DNA of 64,000 nt from Macrostomum lignano. Taxonomy: Eukaryota. Numbering within the stretch: the first letter of the stretch is position 1; every line of letters starts with the position of its first letter. The notes beneath the pieces were generated by a model, which searched no databases, was not told the DNA's origin, and saw only the letters and a program-made list of their open reading frames with translations. The DNA is taken from contig NIVC01000162.1 in NCBI GenBank assembly GCA_002269645.1, positions 186,001-250,000 of the forward strand. The letters are read 5' to 3'. A program made the translations under genes and the position numbers. Of this stretch, positions 20,601 through 38,441 are shown in pieces.

Positions 20601-21657
20601 GCAGATCGACAGCCAAATCGAGGAGTTCGTGCGGCACTGCGAGGCCTGCCTGCTCAGCGAGAAAAACTTCAAGCCATCCAAGACGGTGCTGACTCCGACG
20701 AAGTGGCCGACTCGACCTTGGGAGGAGCTTCAGCTCGACATCTTTGGGGAGCTGCATTCAGCGCCGAACTCATGTCGCTTCATTCTGGTGCTGTACGACC
20801 TGCATTCGAAGTGGCCAGAAGCAGCCTGCATGTCCACAGTGACCACAGCTGACGTGATCGACGCCCTGACGACGTGGTTCAGCCGCTGGGGACTCCCTAA
20901 GAGCATCAACACGGACGGCGGGCCGCAGTTCATGTCCGGTGACTTCAAAGACTTCCTCCAGCGCTGCGGCATCCAGCACCGCCAGTCGCCGCACTACCAC
21001 CCGCAAGGCAACGCTGCAGTCGAGCGCTTCAACCGGTTTCTGAAAGACGGCCTGAAGACGCACCTGCAGGACGGGTACGGCTTCAAGGATGCGGTGAGGG
21101 CGCTGCTGTGGTCATACCGGGCCACCCCGCACGCACTGACGGGGGTGTCACCGGCGGAGCTGATGACGAGCCGGAAAATCAGCACCCCGCTGACTGCACT
21201 GCAGCCAAGGACGCCATCGCAGCACAACCTGGCAGGCAGCATCAGGCAGAAGCAGCAGCGAGTCTTCAGCAAGCTCAACTCGGCCAGGAGGCCTCCGCCG
21301 GCGTTCAAGGTCGGCGACTGGGTGCGCGTGAGGCGGCCGTTCGCGCGTGGCAAGCTGAGCAGCCGGCTGTCCGAGCCACTGGAGATCTCGAGAATCGCGA
21401 GCGCCACCACAGTGATCCTCAGTGACGGCTCTCGGTGGCACGTCGACAACTGCGTGCGGGTGGAGCGGCCGGCGGGAGCGCTGCCGCAGTGGCCCGCGCC
21501 AGCCGCCACGACCGCTCCGACACCCGCGGCGGCGGCGGGAGCGGCGGCGGAGGCGGCCAAAGAGCTGCCGCTGCATGAAGGAGCACCGACGGCAATTCGA
21601 GCGAGTGTGAGGAGTCGGGCTCCACCGCAGTGGTACGGGGATGTGGTGACTCATTGA
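17632..21657 (+). CDS. Gag-Pol polyprotein (gag with 2 Zn knuckles, aspartic protease, RT, RNase H, integrase)
   Basis: CPNCGGGHNRRARC and CYACGKQNHFGRMC knuckles; LVDSGA; RT HYIDDIVV; RNase H ACDSS...EREALA...TDH; integrase H..H..C..C, LDIF, TDGGPQF, AVERFN. The domain order PR-RT-RH-IN is that of Ty3/Gypsy. Confidence 0.97.
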   Translation: MSQSTTAPSTSEVPRINISPPEQFLPQPGPPTRPWNEWKSLFDNYLMAAGLDTLPDVRKRALLLHCLGAEGQRIFAAMQPPPSQNSDGEQTPLGFDETVKLLKEQFGGKTNVVAERHRFRQRGQRPGEKIADFVAALYTLAGSCEFGGMTDEMIRDQIVEKVSDRRIRERLLIEDGLTLKTAVTLSQQWETSIAEASAIETGGAVAMASRGEAEVNKVQHQFGKSRAQERAAAGRESCPNCGGGHNRRARCPAEGKSCYACGKQNHFGRMCRSQGTKVAEVGDESSREVFTVRGTASPDIRCRLKVQGSWLSLLVDSGAKVSILSERTYRRLGSKAPLQPSNRKLIAYNGKAIDVLGQAVLSVNYRGQSVPFFCFTVVQQGSDIMGTDLMQKLSFQVVDRDGDLVRTVDKTRQLPAWLPDRFEQLTRGLGRIRGFEHRPRVNPAVPPVAQPLRRTPLSLKEKVQAEIDQLLADGIVEEIQASEWISNLVVVPKPDGKIRICNDLRCPNKAIVPDKQPLPTFEELTTEFKGSTLFSKLDLNSSYLQLELAEDRRDMTAFITEKGLYRYKRVCFGLNSAPAAFQKVLSKILHGCSGTVHYIDDIVVHAASEAEHHKRLTAVLDKLLAHGVTLNAGKCQWAAESVQFLGYIVSASGLRPMQSNVDAIEQVPEPKSAEAVAAFLGMVKFYANFLQNLSDVAEPLLRLLRKDVPWDWSADCQKAFTTLKKMVLAPTCLRFFSPDEKIIVACDSSAHALGAVLLQEDGAGVRRPVAFASRTLSATERKYSASEREALACIFACERWHYFLFGRRFELHTDHQALTTLLTAQGSGHRPLRLHRWADRLLAYDFQVCHVPGKKNIVPDFLSRHGARNDSIEEDPAELQVNAVLLSGALQIVSPSELAEASLQDPVISQAIEMTLEGWPSSIKQLRPELQPFWRIKEQLTVWNEGKCLANGLRAVIPASLREKTLQLAHFGHLGVSRMKQHCRDSVWWPQIDSQIEEFVRHCEACLLSEKNFKPSKTVLTPTKWPTRPWEELQLDIFGELHSAPNSCRFILVLYDLHSKWPEAACMSTVTTADVIDALTTWFSRWGLPKSINTDGGPQFMSGDFKDFLQRCGIQHRQSPHYHPQGNAAVERFNRFLKDGLKTHLQDGYGFKDAVRALLWSYRATPHALTGVSPAELMTSRKISTPLTALQPRTPSQHNLAGSIRQKQQRVFSKLNSARRPPPAFKVGDWVRVRRPFARGKLSSRLSEPLEISRIASATTVILSDGSRWHVDNCVRVERPAGALPQWPAPAATTAPTPAAAAGAAAEAAKELPLHEGAPTAIRASVRSRAPPQWYGDVVTH

Positions 21658-21846
21658 TTGCAATGACTGAAAAGGACTTTTGAGTTGCAAGCCTTTGGTT
21701 TTCGAGTTTTCTATTTGAGGGTTTTGAAATTGGAACTTAATGTCGAACTTTTTCAAATATTTTATTCCTAATATTCATGTCTGTTTTATTGCTCTTGAAT
21801 ATGTAATCGATTTTCGAATATTTCATCGACAAGGCAACTCGTTCGC

Positions 21847-21859
21847 GAGGGAGAGTGAA
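21847..21859 (+). other. Polypurine tract
   Basis: GAGGGAGAGTGAA immediately 5' of the 3' LTR. Confidence 0.8.
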
Positions 21860-22028
21860 TGTTGTGTAGTTGGTTTGCAGATATGTACATATGCTTTGTA
21901 CATCTGTTTTCCGATATTGATCTGTCGCAGCTAAATGAATATATAAGTATAAATATACCAGTCGGTAGGCCAACTTGGGCTAAGTTCGTGTGTACCCCTA
22001 AATTCAGTCTGACTTTCTCAACACAACA
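21860..22028 (+). repeat. 3' LTR
   Basis: 168/169 identical to the 5' LTR (GCTAT vs GCTTT). Confidence 0.97.
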
Positions 22029-22475
22029 GGGGGAGAGAGGGAGACGGGAGAGAGAGAGACGGGAGAGAGGGAGACGGGAGAGAGAGAGACGGGAGAGAGG
22101 GAGACGGGAGAGAGGGAGACGGGAGAGAGGGAGACGGGAGAGAGGGAGACGGGAGAGAGGGAGACGGGAGAGAGGGAGACGGGAGAGAGGGAGACGGGAG
22201 AGAGGGAGACGGGAGAGAGGGAGACGGGAGAGAGGGAGATGAGAGAGAGAGGAAGACGGGAGAGAGGGAGATGGGAGAGAGGGAGATAGGAGAGAGGGAG
22301 ATAGGAGAGAGGGAGATAGGAGAGAGGTAGATAGGAGAGAGGAAGATAGGAGAGAGGGAGATAGGAGAGAGGGAGATAGGAGAGAGGGAGATGGGAGAGA
22401 GGGAGAGGGGAGAGAGGGAGAGGGGAGAGAGGGAGATAGGAGAGAGGGAGATAGGAGAGAGGGAGATGGGAGAGA
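22029..22475. repeat. Continuation of the 15-bp polypurine minisatellite, right flank of the Gypsy insertion
   Basis: Same unit as 17062-17322. Confidence 0.95.
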
Positions 22476-23159
22476 GAGAATGGAAGTAAAAGGCGGGGAT
22501 AATCTAACTAATTGCGGATTTCGACTTAAATCAAGAGGTGTCATTTTTGGCTGATTCATTAGAGGTGAATTAGATAATAATGAATTATTTGAAATCTATA
22601 ATGACACGCTCGTACTAAGCCTCACATACAACTTGAGAATCGTAGTACTGGAAGGATGGGAAGTCAAATTGATTCTATTGTAAAATTCCAATTCTCAGTA
22701 TTCTCCAATTTCAAATTCCGTGTATACATGTATGTCAGATAGAGAGCCCTGGGGGCAAGCAAATGAAATTAATCCATGCCTAGTCGATTTCGCTGATAAC
22801 TAGATAGATTTTATTTAACCAACTATGCCGGATGATAAGATGATACGGTTGCAATAACAATCAGATTTTCTCGTTAACTTGTCGGCCAGACAGACCTTCG
22901 GGAGCTTCAACGTGTTGAAAAAAGATGCGCAACCAGTGTTACGCCTCTGATCAGTGATCAGTCTTCTACACCATACAGACTCAGCATACAGATACAGGTG
23001 TGATACAGTTTATTAGAAAACTACACTAGAAATTTTAAATGCCATTTTAAATGCAACTGATACCAAAATAGTGAAGCTACTTGCAATCCAGCCCGTTTGG
23101 CGAGCGCAAAAAAGGAAAATTAAAATATGGCTGAAAATATTAAAGAATGGACTCATGCT

Positions 23160-23875
23160 TCCAGTAAGCCTTGACATCTCAGTAATTCTCCTAGCTAAGC
23201 CTTGACATCTCAACAATCCTACATAAGCCTTGACATCCCAGCAATTCTCCCAGTAAGCCTTGACATCCCAGTAATTTCCCCCGTAAGCCTTGACATCCCA
23301 GTAATTTCCCCCGTAAGCCTTGACATCCCAGCAATTTCCCCCGTAAGCCTTGACATCCCAGCAATTTCCCCCATAAGCCTTGACATCCCAGCAATTTCCC
23401 CCAGTAAGCCTTGACATCCCAGCAATTCTCCCAGTAAGCCTTGACATCCCAGTAATTTCCCCCGTAAGCCTTGACATCCCAGTAATTTCCCCCGTAAGCC
23501 TTGACATCCCAGCAATTTCCCCCGTAAGCCTTGACATCCCAGTGATTTTCCCCGTAAGCCTTGACATCCCAGCAATTTCCCCCGTAAGCCTTGACATCCC
23601 AGCAATTTCCCCCGTAAGCCTTGACATCCCAGCAATTCCCCCGTAAGCCTTGACATCCCAGCAATCCCCCCATAAGCCTTGACATCCCAGCAATTCCCCC
23701 ATAAGCCTTGACATCCCAGCGATTCCCCCATAAGCCTTGACATCTCAGCGATTCCCCCATAAGCCTTGACATCTCAGCGATTCCCCCATAAGCCTTGACA
23801 TCCCAGCAATTCCCCCATAAGCCTTGACATCTCAGCGATTCCCCCATAAGCCTTGATATCTCAGCAATTCCCCCA
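23160..23875. repeat. About 30-31-bp minisatellite (GTAAGCCTTGACATCCCAGCAATTTCCCCC)n
   Basis: Directly visible. Confidence 0.96.
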
Positions 23876-24032
23876 AAAGCCATCCAGGATGACAGATTTT
23901 GTCATCCTGTACATTAGTTAATGACCCTAAGAATGTACATATAGAAGGCAATAAAATAGGGTGGGGGAAGGGGCAGGGGGTAGAGCGTGGAAGACGCAGT
24001 CGGGGCGTTTGGGCTCAGGGGTGTATACCGGT

Positions 24033-25337
24033 ATATATTATATTAAGACGTAGAGGGGAGGCCCATTGCGCGATCGCAGAACAGGCGGGAGGGGCAGGCA
24101 GCAGCAGCCTGAGCGGTCAGCTCAAGCGCCTGCAACTCAGCGATGAAGCAGTCCGCCAGAGTGGCAGTGCGGGCCTGGCCGCGGCGCAATCGCTCGGTCG
24201 GCCGGTGCAGCATGGCCAGTGCCAGAGGGACGGGCGCACCGCGACCCAGGGTCCGTAGGCAGTGGCCCAGCAGCATCTGGCGGCGCCGGCGCAGGGTAGC
24301 GCCTTCAAGATTCAAGATTCACCTCCAAGATTGTCTCCATCCCGAAGAAAGGCGCCTCCACCAGCTTGGTTAACCAGCGGGGCATCGCGCTGGAATGCAC
24401 AACGCCGAAGCTGCTGAACGCGATTCTGCGCAACCGCCTCCTGCTCGGCCTCAACCCGCTGCTGCTGAGCCTCCAAAGCGGCTTCCGCCGGGCAGGTTCA
24501 CCACCGAGCAGGTTGCCACCATCCGCTCTGTCATCAAGGCCTGCAAGACCCGCCAGCGCTCCGTGTCAATCATCTTCGTCGACTTTCGCAAGGCGTTTGA
24601 CTCGGTGTCCAGGCCTGCGATCGCGTGGCTTCTCTCTCATTATGGCGTACCTGCTGCGCTGGGCTTTTGTCATGTCGAGCGACGGCCCCACAGAAGAGTT
24701 CGGCACCAGCTCAGGCGTCCTTCAGGGCGACACGCTGGCTCCTCTGCTCTTCCTCGTGGGTGTGGACTACGTGCTTCATCGATCCCTCCGCGAGGATGAC
24801 AGCTACTTGCTGGTCCCACGCCGAAGCTCCAGACACCCTGCTGTTTCGCTTCCCGCTCTCACGTATGCTGACGACATCGCGCTGCCCAGCGCGCTCTCAC
24901 AAAGCTCTGCGACGAGGGCGCCCGTGTTGGGCTGCTGGTGAACGCTCGCAAGACGGAGGCGCTGCACGTGGGCACGAATACCGCCCCAACTCTCAGGCTG
25001 GCCCAATGGAGACCGCATCGCGGTGTGCGAGGACTTCAGGTACCACAGCGCCCTGGTGATGAACCCCAATGCGATTGTCTCTGACAGGAGGAACCAGGCC
25101 TGGCACGCACCTCCTCAGGAAAGTTTTTAATTCAGCTGCCAGAGACGGCCTGAAGGTGCGCCTGTTCCGCGCGGCCGTCGGGCTGATTCTCCTGTACGGC
25201 ATGGAGGCTGTGCCGCTGACCGAGACGAGAGAGCGAGCCCTGGACGCGCTCTACCGATCGCTGCTGCGCTACGCGCTGAGTGTGCACTACCCGGAGCGCC
25301 TGCCGTCCAACGCTCTGATGGCCCGCGCTGGAACTCC
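24033..25337 (-). mobile_element. 5'-truncated, internally inverted, degenerate non-LTR retrotransposon (RTE-like LINE)
   Basis: The RT body lies on the + strand (about 24320-25337: IVSIPKKG, QSGFR, FVDFRKAFDSV, GVLQGDTLAP, YADDIAL, LLYGMEA), with frameshifts. The ORF C-terminus LRRRRQMLLGHCLR lies on the - strand (24305-24043). Imperfect TSD GCTCRGGGGTGTA at 24013 and 25338. Confidence 0.85.
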
Positions 25338-25701
25338 GCTCGGGGGTGTAAGCGGTCGATAAACGGGCTATTAGCCACAAGACAGTCAACTGAGTCAAGA
25401 AGAATGCGAGCGATAGGATAACCAGCCAAAGTTTGTTACACAAAGGTTATCTGTTTTTAAGGTTTCTTAGAGACAGGGCCGTAGCCTAGTGGTCCAGCGC
25501 GGCGTTCTTATTGCCAGCGGCCAACCGCCCAGGCTCGCTCCAGTGCAGTCACATTGATTTGGGGTTAAATTGGAAGATCTAAGAGTAAGAGGCAGTGATT
25601 TACAGATGAAAAAAGTTTCTATGTGGCTGCTTTTTACTTAGTCAAAGGGTTTTAGTAGTCCTTGTACCTGGGCGCACAAATGTTTCTAATATAGCTCGAA
25701 A

Positions 25702-25898
25702 TACACTCAGCAACATGAACTAATTGACAATGTTGACAATACCCTAATATCAGTTTATTTTTCTTCATATCAGCTTGACTGCGAAATCAGCCCATACGAG
25801 CCCGCGGACGTGCTGTGAATTGCGTCACTTGGGGCTGAGATCTGGGGAAAGTTGACCACTGGTTTTGGGGTGGGAACTTTAACATGTTGCTGAGTGTA
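25702..25898. mobile_element. Putative Tc1/mariner-type MITE (193 bp plus TA flanks)
   Basis: TA|CACTCAGCAACATG ... CATGTTGCTGAGTG|TA: a perfect 14-bp TIR with TA flanks. Confidence 0.6.
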
Positions 25899-25973
25899 CA
25901 TGCTCAAGGGAAAGAGTTTAAGCATCAGAAATAGGCGGAGTGGCTCATCGAGGGTTTTATAGTAATCTTTAGC

Positions 25974-28900
25974 CTACACCGAGCTGATGAGTTGCGTCAC
26001 TCGCAACGCCACCCCTTCCTGTGCTACGGCGCCTCCCGCCCGCGGTCTGGCAGCCAGGCCGACTGTTGCTATGGCAACCGGCTGCCTAGCCGGCTCGGAT
26101 CGGCAGCGAGCGGCGTCCAGCAGAGCCCGCTTGTAATTATCGTTCATGAACAGGTAGAAAAACGGATTTAAGAATGCGTTCATGTAGCACATTATCCAGG
26201 ACATGATGTACACGGAGTCTGTCTTTCGGATTGCGGTGCGCTGCATCATTATCATGTTATCCAGGATGTGCCAGGGCAAATTGGCTAGCAGGAAGGACAC
26301 CAGGACGCAGGTTACCATGCGGAAGGATTTGCTCAGCCGGCCGCTGGTAGCTGATGAAGCTGGGCGAGCGAACCGGTCGGAAAGCTGAGGCTTCTGCGAG
26401 GTGGCGCTCTGAAATTGGGGAGAATTTAGGAGATTCATAAGCAGTGATGAGGCTGTTTTGATGTCGGAGGAGTGAACAGATTGAGCATTGATGAGGCTTT
26501 AATGATCTCGGAGGAGTGAACAGATTGAGCAGTGATGAGGCTGTAATGATCTCGGAGGAGTGAACAGATTGAGCAGTGATGAGGCTGCAATGATCTCGGA
26601 GGAGTGAACAGATTGAGCAGTGATGAGGCTGCAATGATCTCGGAGGAGTGAACAGATTGAGCAGTGATGAGGCTGCAATGATCTCGGAGGAGTGAGCAGA
26701 AGTTACACAGAGCCTTGGAGTACATTCAATCGAATGATTTATTCAAATCGAGCATAATTTTATCTGGCATTATGGCTGACTTGGCCGGTCTCAGTTCCCA
26801 CTGCGGACTACAAATATGATTATGCATATTTTCATTTCCGCATTGCAGGGGGCCAGCATCTCTATTCTATGAGCCCTAGCTCATTATCTGCCGGACAGAT
26901 TTGATTAGGGCTCCGGGCAATAAAGTCTCGATAGTTCTTTTAGTAGCAGAAGAAGAAGAAGCCAGCAACAGTAGCGGAAGAAGAACCAGTAGTAGACGTT
27001 AGAGCCGTCCCAGGCTTAATGAGCTCGGCAGTAATTAGCCCTGAGATCCGAGGCTGGCTTAGGGCTGCTCGGCTAAACTGTGCTCAGGAAAGGTGGGGTG
27101 GACACCGCATAGCGACTGATTTAAACTGATTGAAGCTGCTAGCAAAGCCACGCATCGAACAGTTTGCTGAAGCTGATAACCCGCTAGCTTAATCCGGCAT
27201 TGCGAAAGGATTATTGGAAGGACCGGCAGATTATCTCCCCTTTGGTCGCTGTCTCTCTATCTCCATCAATATCCTTGTGCCCGAGCAAATTGAAGGCTTT
27301 GGATGTAGAATGGAGAAGCTCAAAAAACATACAGAAGGGAGGCTTCTCTCTTCCTTGCTCAGCCTCGAGGGAATTCCGCTTCATCCCAACACTCCGCCTC
27401 CCTTTTCTCCTTTTCTCTCTGACTTTGAGGTAGCAGCCAATCTAGCTGAGTTGCCTTTCATTCATTCCGCTTTCCGTTGTCGAAATTTCTACTTTTCTAG
27501 TTCAAATCATTCGCTCTCTCCGGAACTGTGGAGTCCCAATTTAAAAAAGTCACTTTTGCTTTTTACTCGGCCTCATCACACGAGTGATCGTTCAGACGGA
27601 GAGTTGCTTTACGCTATCTGGTTTGCTTTGACTCTTAGGGTTTGTCTGACCGTCGCCGGTGTTGGATCCCGGAAGAAATGATTCAGGGACGGACTTATTC
27701 CTAAGCTTGTGGGTTAGCTTTTCCGAGTTTCAAACAATCAAGAGTTCCCGCAGAAGACTTTCTATAGATGACTACTGCTATGGTCCTCATCTACTGGTTT
27801 CCAGCTTGGGATTTCAATCTAGCGGGTCTCTATTTGTGGTCCCAGCTACGGTCTCAGCAGCAGTCCCAGCTACGGTCTCAGCTACGGTCTCAGCTACGGT
27901 CTCAGCTACAGTCCCAGCTACGGTCTCAGCTACGGTCCCAGCTACAGTCCCAGCTACGGTCTCAGCAGCAGTCCCAGCTACGGTCCCAGCTACGGTCTCA
28001 GCTACGGCCCCAGCTACAGTCCCAGCTACGGTCTCAGCAGCAGTCCCAGCTACAGTCCCAGCTACGGTCTCAGCTACGGTCTCAGCTACGGTCCCAGCTA
28101 CAGTCCCAGCTACGGTCTCAGCAGCAGTCCCAGCTACGGTCTCAGCTACGGTCCCAGCTTAAGTCCCAGCTACAGTCCCAGCTACGGTCCCAGCTACGGT
28201 CTCAGCTACGGTCCCAGCTACAGTCCCAGCTACGGTCTCAGCAGCAGTCCCAGCTACGGTCCCAGCTTAAGTCCCAGCTACAGTCCCAGCTACGGTCCCA
28301 GCTACGGTCTCAGCTACGGTCCCAGCTACAGTCCCAGCTACGGTCTCAGCAGCAGTCCCAGCTACAGTCCCAGCTACGGTCTCAGCAGCAGTCCCAGCTA
28401 CGGTCCCAGCTACAGTCCCAGCTACGGTCTCAGCTACAGTCCCAGCTACGGTCCCAGCTACGGTCTCAGCTACGGTCCCAGCTAAGGTCTCAGCTACGGT
28501 CCCAGCTACGGTCCCAGCTACGGTCTCAGCTACGGTCTCAGCTACGGTCTCAGCTACGGTCTCAGCTACAGTACCAGCCACGGTCCCAGCTCAAAACAGC
28601 CGCAACTCTCACAATCGACGGCTGCAACACTCGAGGAGGATTTCGCCCTCCGCTGCCGCCCTGGCTGGCCCTGAGCAGCGTGTCGGAGCGCCCGACAGCC
28701 CTGGTGGTCCTGGCGCTACGCAAGATCCGCATGACCACGGCCGAGTAGAAGAACACCAGCAGAATGATGGGGATGTACAGGGCCAGCGTGCGCTGCACCA
28801 GAGCCGCGGTGGGATTTCTATAGATGGGATGTGAGCACCGGATCGGCTGGCTGCCGTTGGTGCTACTCCGGAACCCGGTGGCGATCACCCAGACGGGGAA

Positions 28901-29377
28901 AGTGGCCACATTCCTGGCCGCGGTCAGCAGCCACAAGGCGACGCAGAGTCGCACCTGGTTGGCCCGGTGCATCCAGCGCTTGTGCGCGAACACGCAGTTA
29001 GTTGCCAGGAAACGGTCGAAGGCCACGGCGGTGACGCTGGCGACGCTGACGTTGGTGCTGGTGTAGTCGCAGGTGATCCACAGGTCGCAGAGCCACAGTG
29101 GCAGCGGCCAGGTGTCAAACAGGGTGTCGGCCAGGTAGCCGGGCAGGGCCGTGGCGCCGATCATGATGTCCGAGGTGACCATCAGGCCGACTATCAGGGC
29201 GTGTCCGGGCACCCGGCGGGGCTCCGGGCGGCGAAGGAAGACGGCCAGCACGGCGGAGTTGACCAAAGTGATGAAGCCGCTAAGCAGCAGGCCGAGGGTG
29301 CCGTAGAGCAGCCGCTGGCTGTCCGAGTACTGCCGCCGCTTGAGTTCAGTTGGCGGAGTGAAATTCCAAGCGGGCAT
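25974..29377 (-). CDS. Class A (rhodopsin-like) GPCR, muscarinic/histamine-receptor-like; exons 29377-28613 and 26408-25974
   Basis: Seven TMs; TM3 [14 protein letters not shown]...AFDRF (D3.32, Y3.33); TM5 YIPII; TM6 NLPW; TM7 [15 protein letters not shown]. Phase-0 intron ATT|gtgaga...tttcag|AGC within ICL3. Confidence 0.92.
26440..26700. repeat. 44-bp minisatellite, about 6 copies, in the GPCR intron
   Basis: Units GCAGTGATGAGGCTGCAATGATCTCGGAGGAGTGAACAGATTGA. Confidence 0.92.
27838..28592. repeat. 12-bp minisatellite (CAGCTACRGTCY)n in the GPCR intron
   Basis: Directly visible. Confidence 0.96.
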
Positions 29378-29689
29378 TTTCTGATCAACTGTCGAAGCGG
29401 CTGCAGCAGATGATGATGAGGATGAGCACTATGTGGATACAGCCTTGCGAAGCTTTCGGCTGAGCAGTTCATTAAGCTATGAATTCAACGGGACTGCAAG
29501 ATGGACGAGACAACCAATAGCTGCTCAGCAAGGGGACTCAGTGAAAGTCTCAGGAGGAGCACAGGAGGCGGAGCCTGTCAGAGAGCATTATAGTGCGCTG
29601 CGAAGAATTGAAAAGTTGTTGGCCGAGTGCTCGAATCTCATTTGGTGTGAATAATTTAACTGGCTAGAAATCGATTCCTTAATCCGTGT

Positions 29690-30185
29690 TGGCTAGATTA
29701 GCAATCAAGTCTATTCCTTTATTCATGTAGGCTAGATTAGCAATCCATTCTATTCCTTTATTCATGTAGGCTAGATTAGCAATCCACTCTATTCCTTTAT
29801 TCATGTAGGCTAGATTAGCAATCCATTCTATTCCTTTATTCATGTAGGCTAGATTAGCAATCCACTCTATTCCTTTATTCATGTAGGCTAGATTAGCAAT
29901 CCATTCTATTCCTTTATTCATGTAGGCTAGATTAGCAATCCACTCTATTCCTTTATTCATGTAGGCTAGATTAGCAATCCATTCTATTCCTTTATCCATG
30001 TAGGCTAGATTAGCAATCCACTCTATTCCTTTATTCATGTAGGCTAGATTAGCAATCCATTCTATTCCTTTATTCATGTAGGCTAGATTAGCAATCCATT
30101 CTATCCTTTATTCATGTAGGCTAGATTAGCAATCCACTCTATTCCTTTATTCATGTAGGCTAGATTAGCAATCCAGTCTATTCCT
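29690..30185. repeat. 39-bp minisatellite (GGCTAGATTAGCAATCCAYTCTATTCCTTTATTCATGTA)n, about 13 copies
   Basis: Directly visible; lies between the divergent GPCR and Gln-rich genes. Confidence 0.97.
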
Positions 30186-30452
30186 TAACTAAATTTCGCC
30201 ATTACTTAGCCAGCTAGAAGCGGTTTCCTAGAAATTCTCGCCCTCCAACTGTTGCTAAAAATAGCATCTCTCCCACGCGGCGTTGCTGGCAGCCAGGAGC
30301 GGCCCAACGATGCCGAAGCCCATGGGAGTGGCCCGCCAGTCGGCTGAGAACTTTTCTCACCGAGGGCGCTGCAGCGATCAGAGACCACCGGAGGCAATAA
30401 AAAGTCTCTCGGCTACTGGGGCGGGTCCCAGCAGAAGACAAGCTGTCTCAGC

Positions 30453-38155
<7,703 letters not shown>

Positions 38156-38441
38156 GTCTTGGCGGCTTCAAAACAAAAATTATTTATGCCATTGCAGATA
38201 GTACAGCGGTAGCCTACTTAATATATTTATTGCGCCTAATTGCGTTACCTGTTGGTGCCCAATAAAACAAAAATTTAATTTCTTATAAAAGGATTACTTC
38301 GTAGTTTCAAGCTCTCTAGCAAATTAGTTTTATTGATTTTCTGTGAAAATAATGAAATTCTCGCTGGGGGGGGGTGGACAATGCATGCGACTTTAAAACT
38401 CGATCAGTTGTCACCTCAGCCATCAATCAGGGTTGGTCACA

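Larger units (their letters stand above)
17323..22028 (+). mobile_element. Full-length Ty3/Gypsy LTR retrotransposon (Mag-like clade), recently inserted
   Basis: 169-bp LTRs at 17323-17491 and 21860-22028 differ at 1 position. TGTTGTGT...ACACAACA termini, GGGGG TSD, PBS-position TGGCGTCG, PPT GAGGGAGAGTGAA, and a single intact gag-pol ORF. Confidence 0.97.

Noticed and set aside
17678-21756. Numerous antisense and alternative-frame ORFs inside the Gypsy element
   Set aside because: These are shadow ORFs caused by the GC-rich codon usage of gag-pol.
25475-25545. tRNA or tRNA-derived SINE (A-box-like TAGCCTAGTGG at 25482)
   Set aside because: The B box is poor (GGCTCGCTCC), and there is no cloverleaf, tail or TSD.
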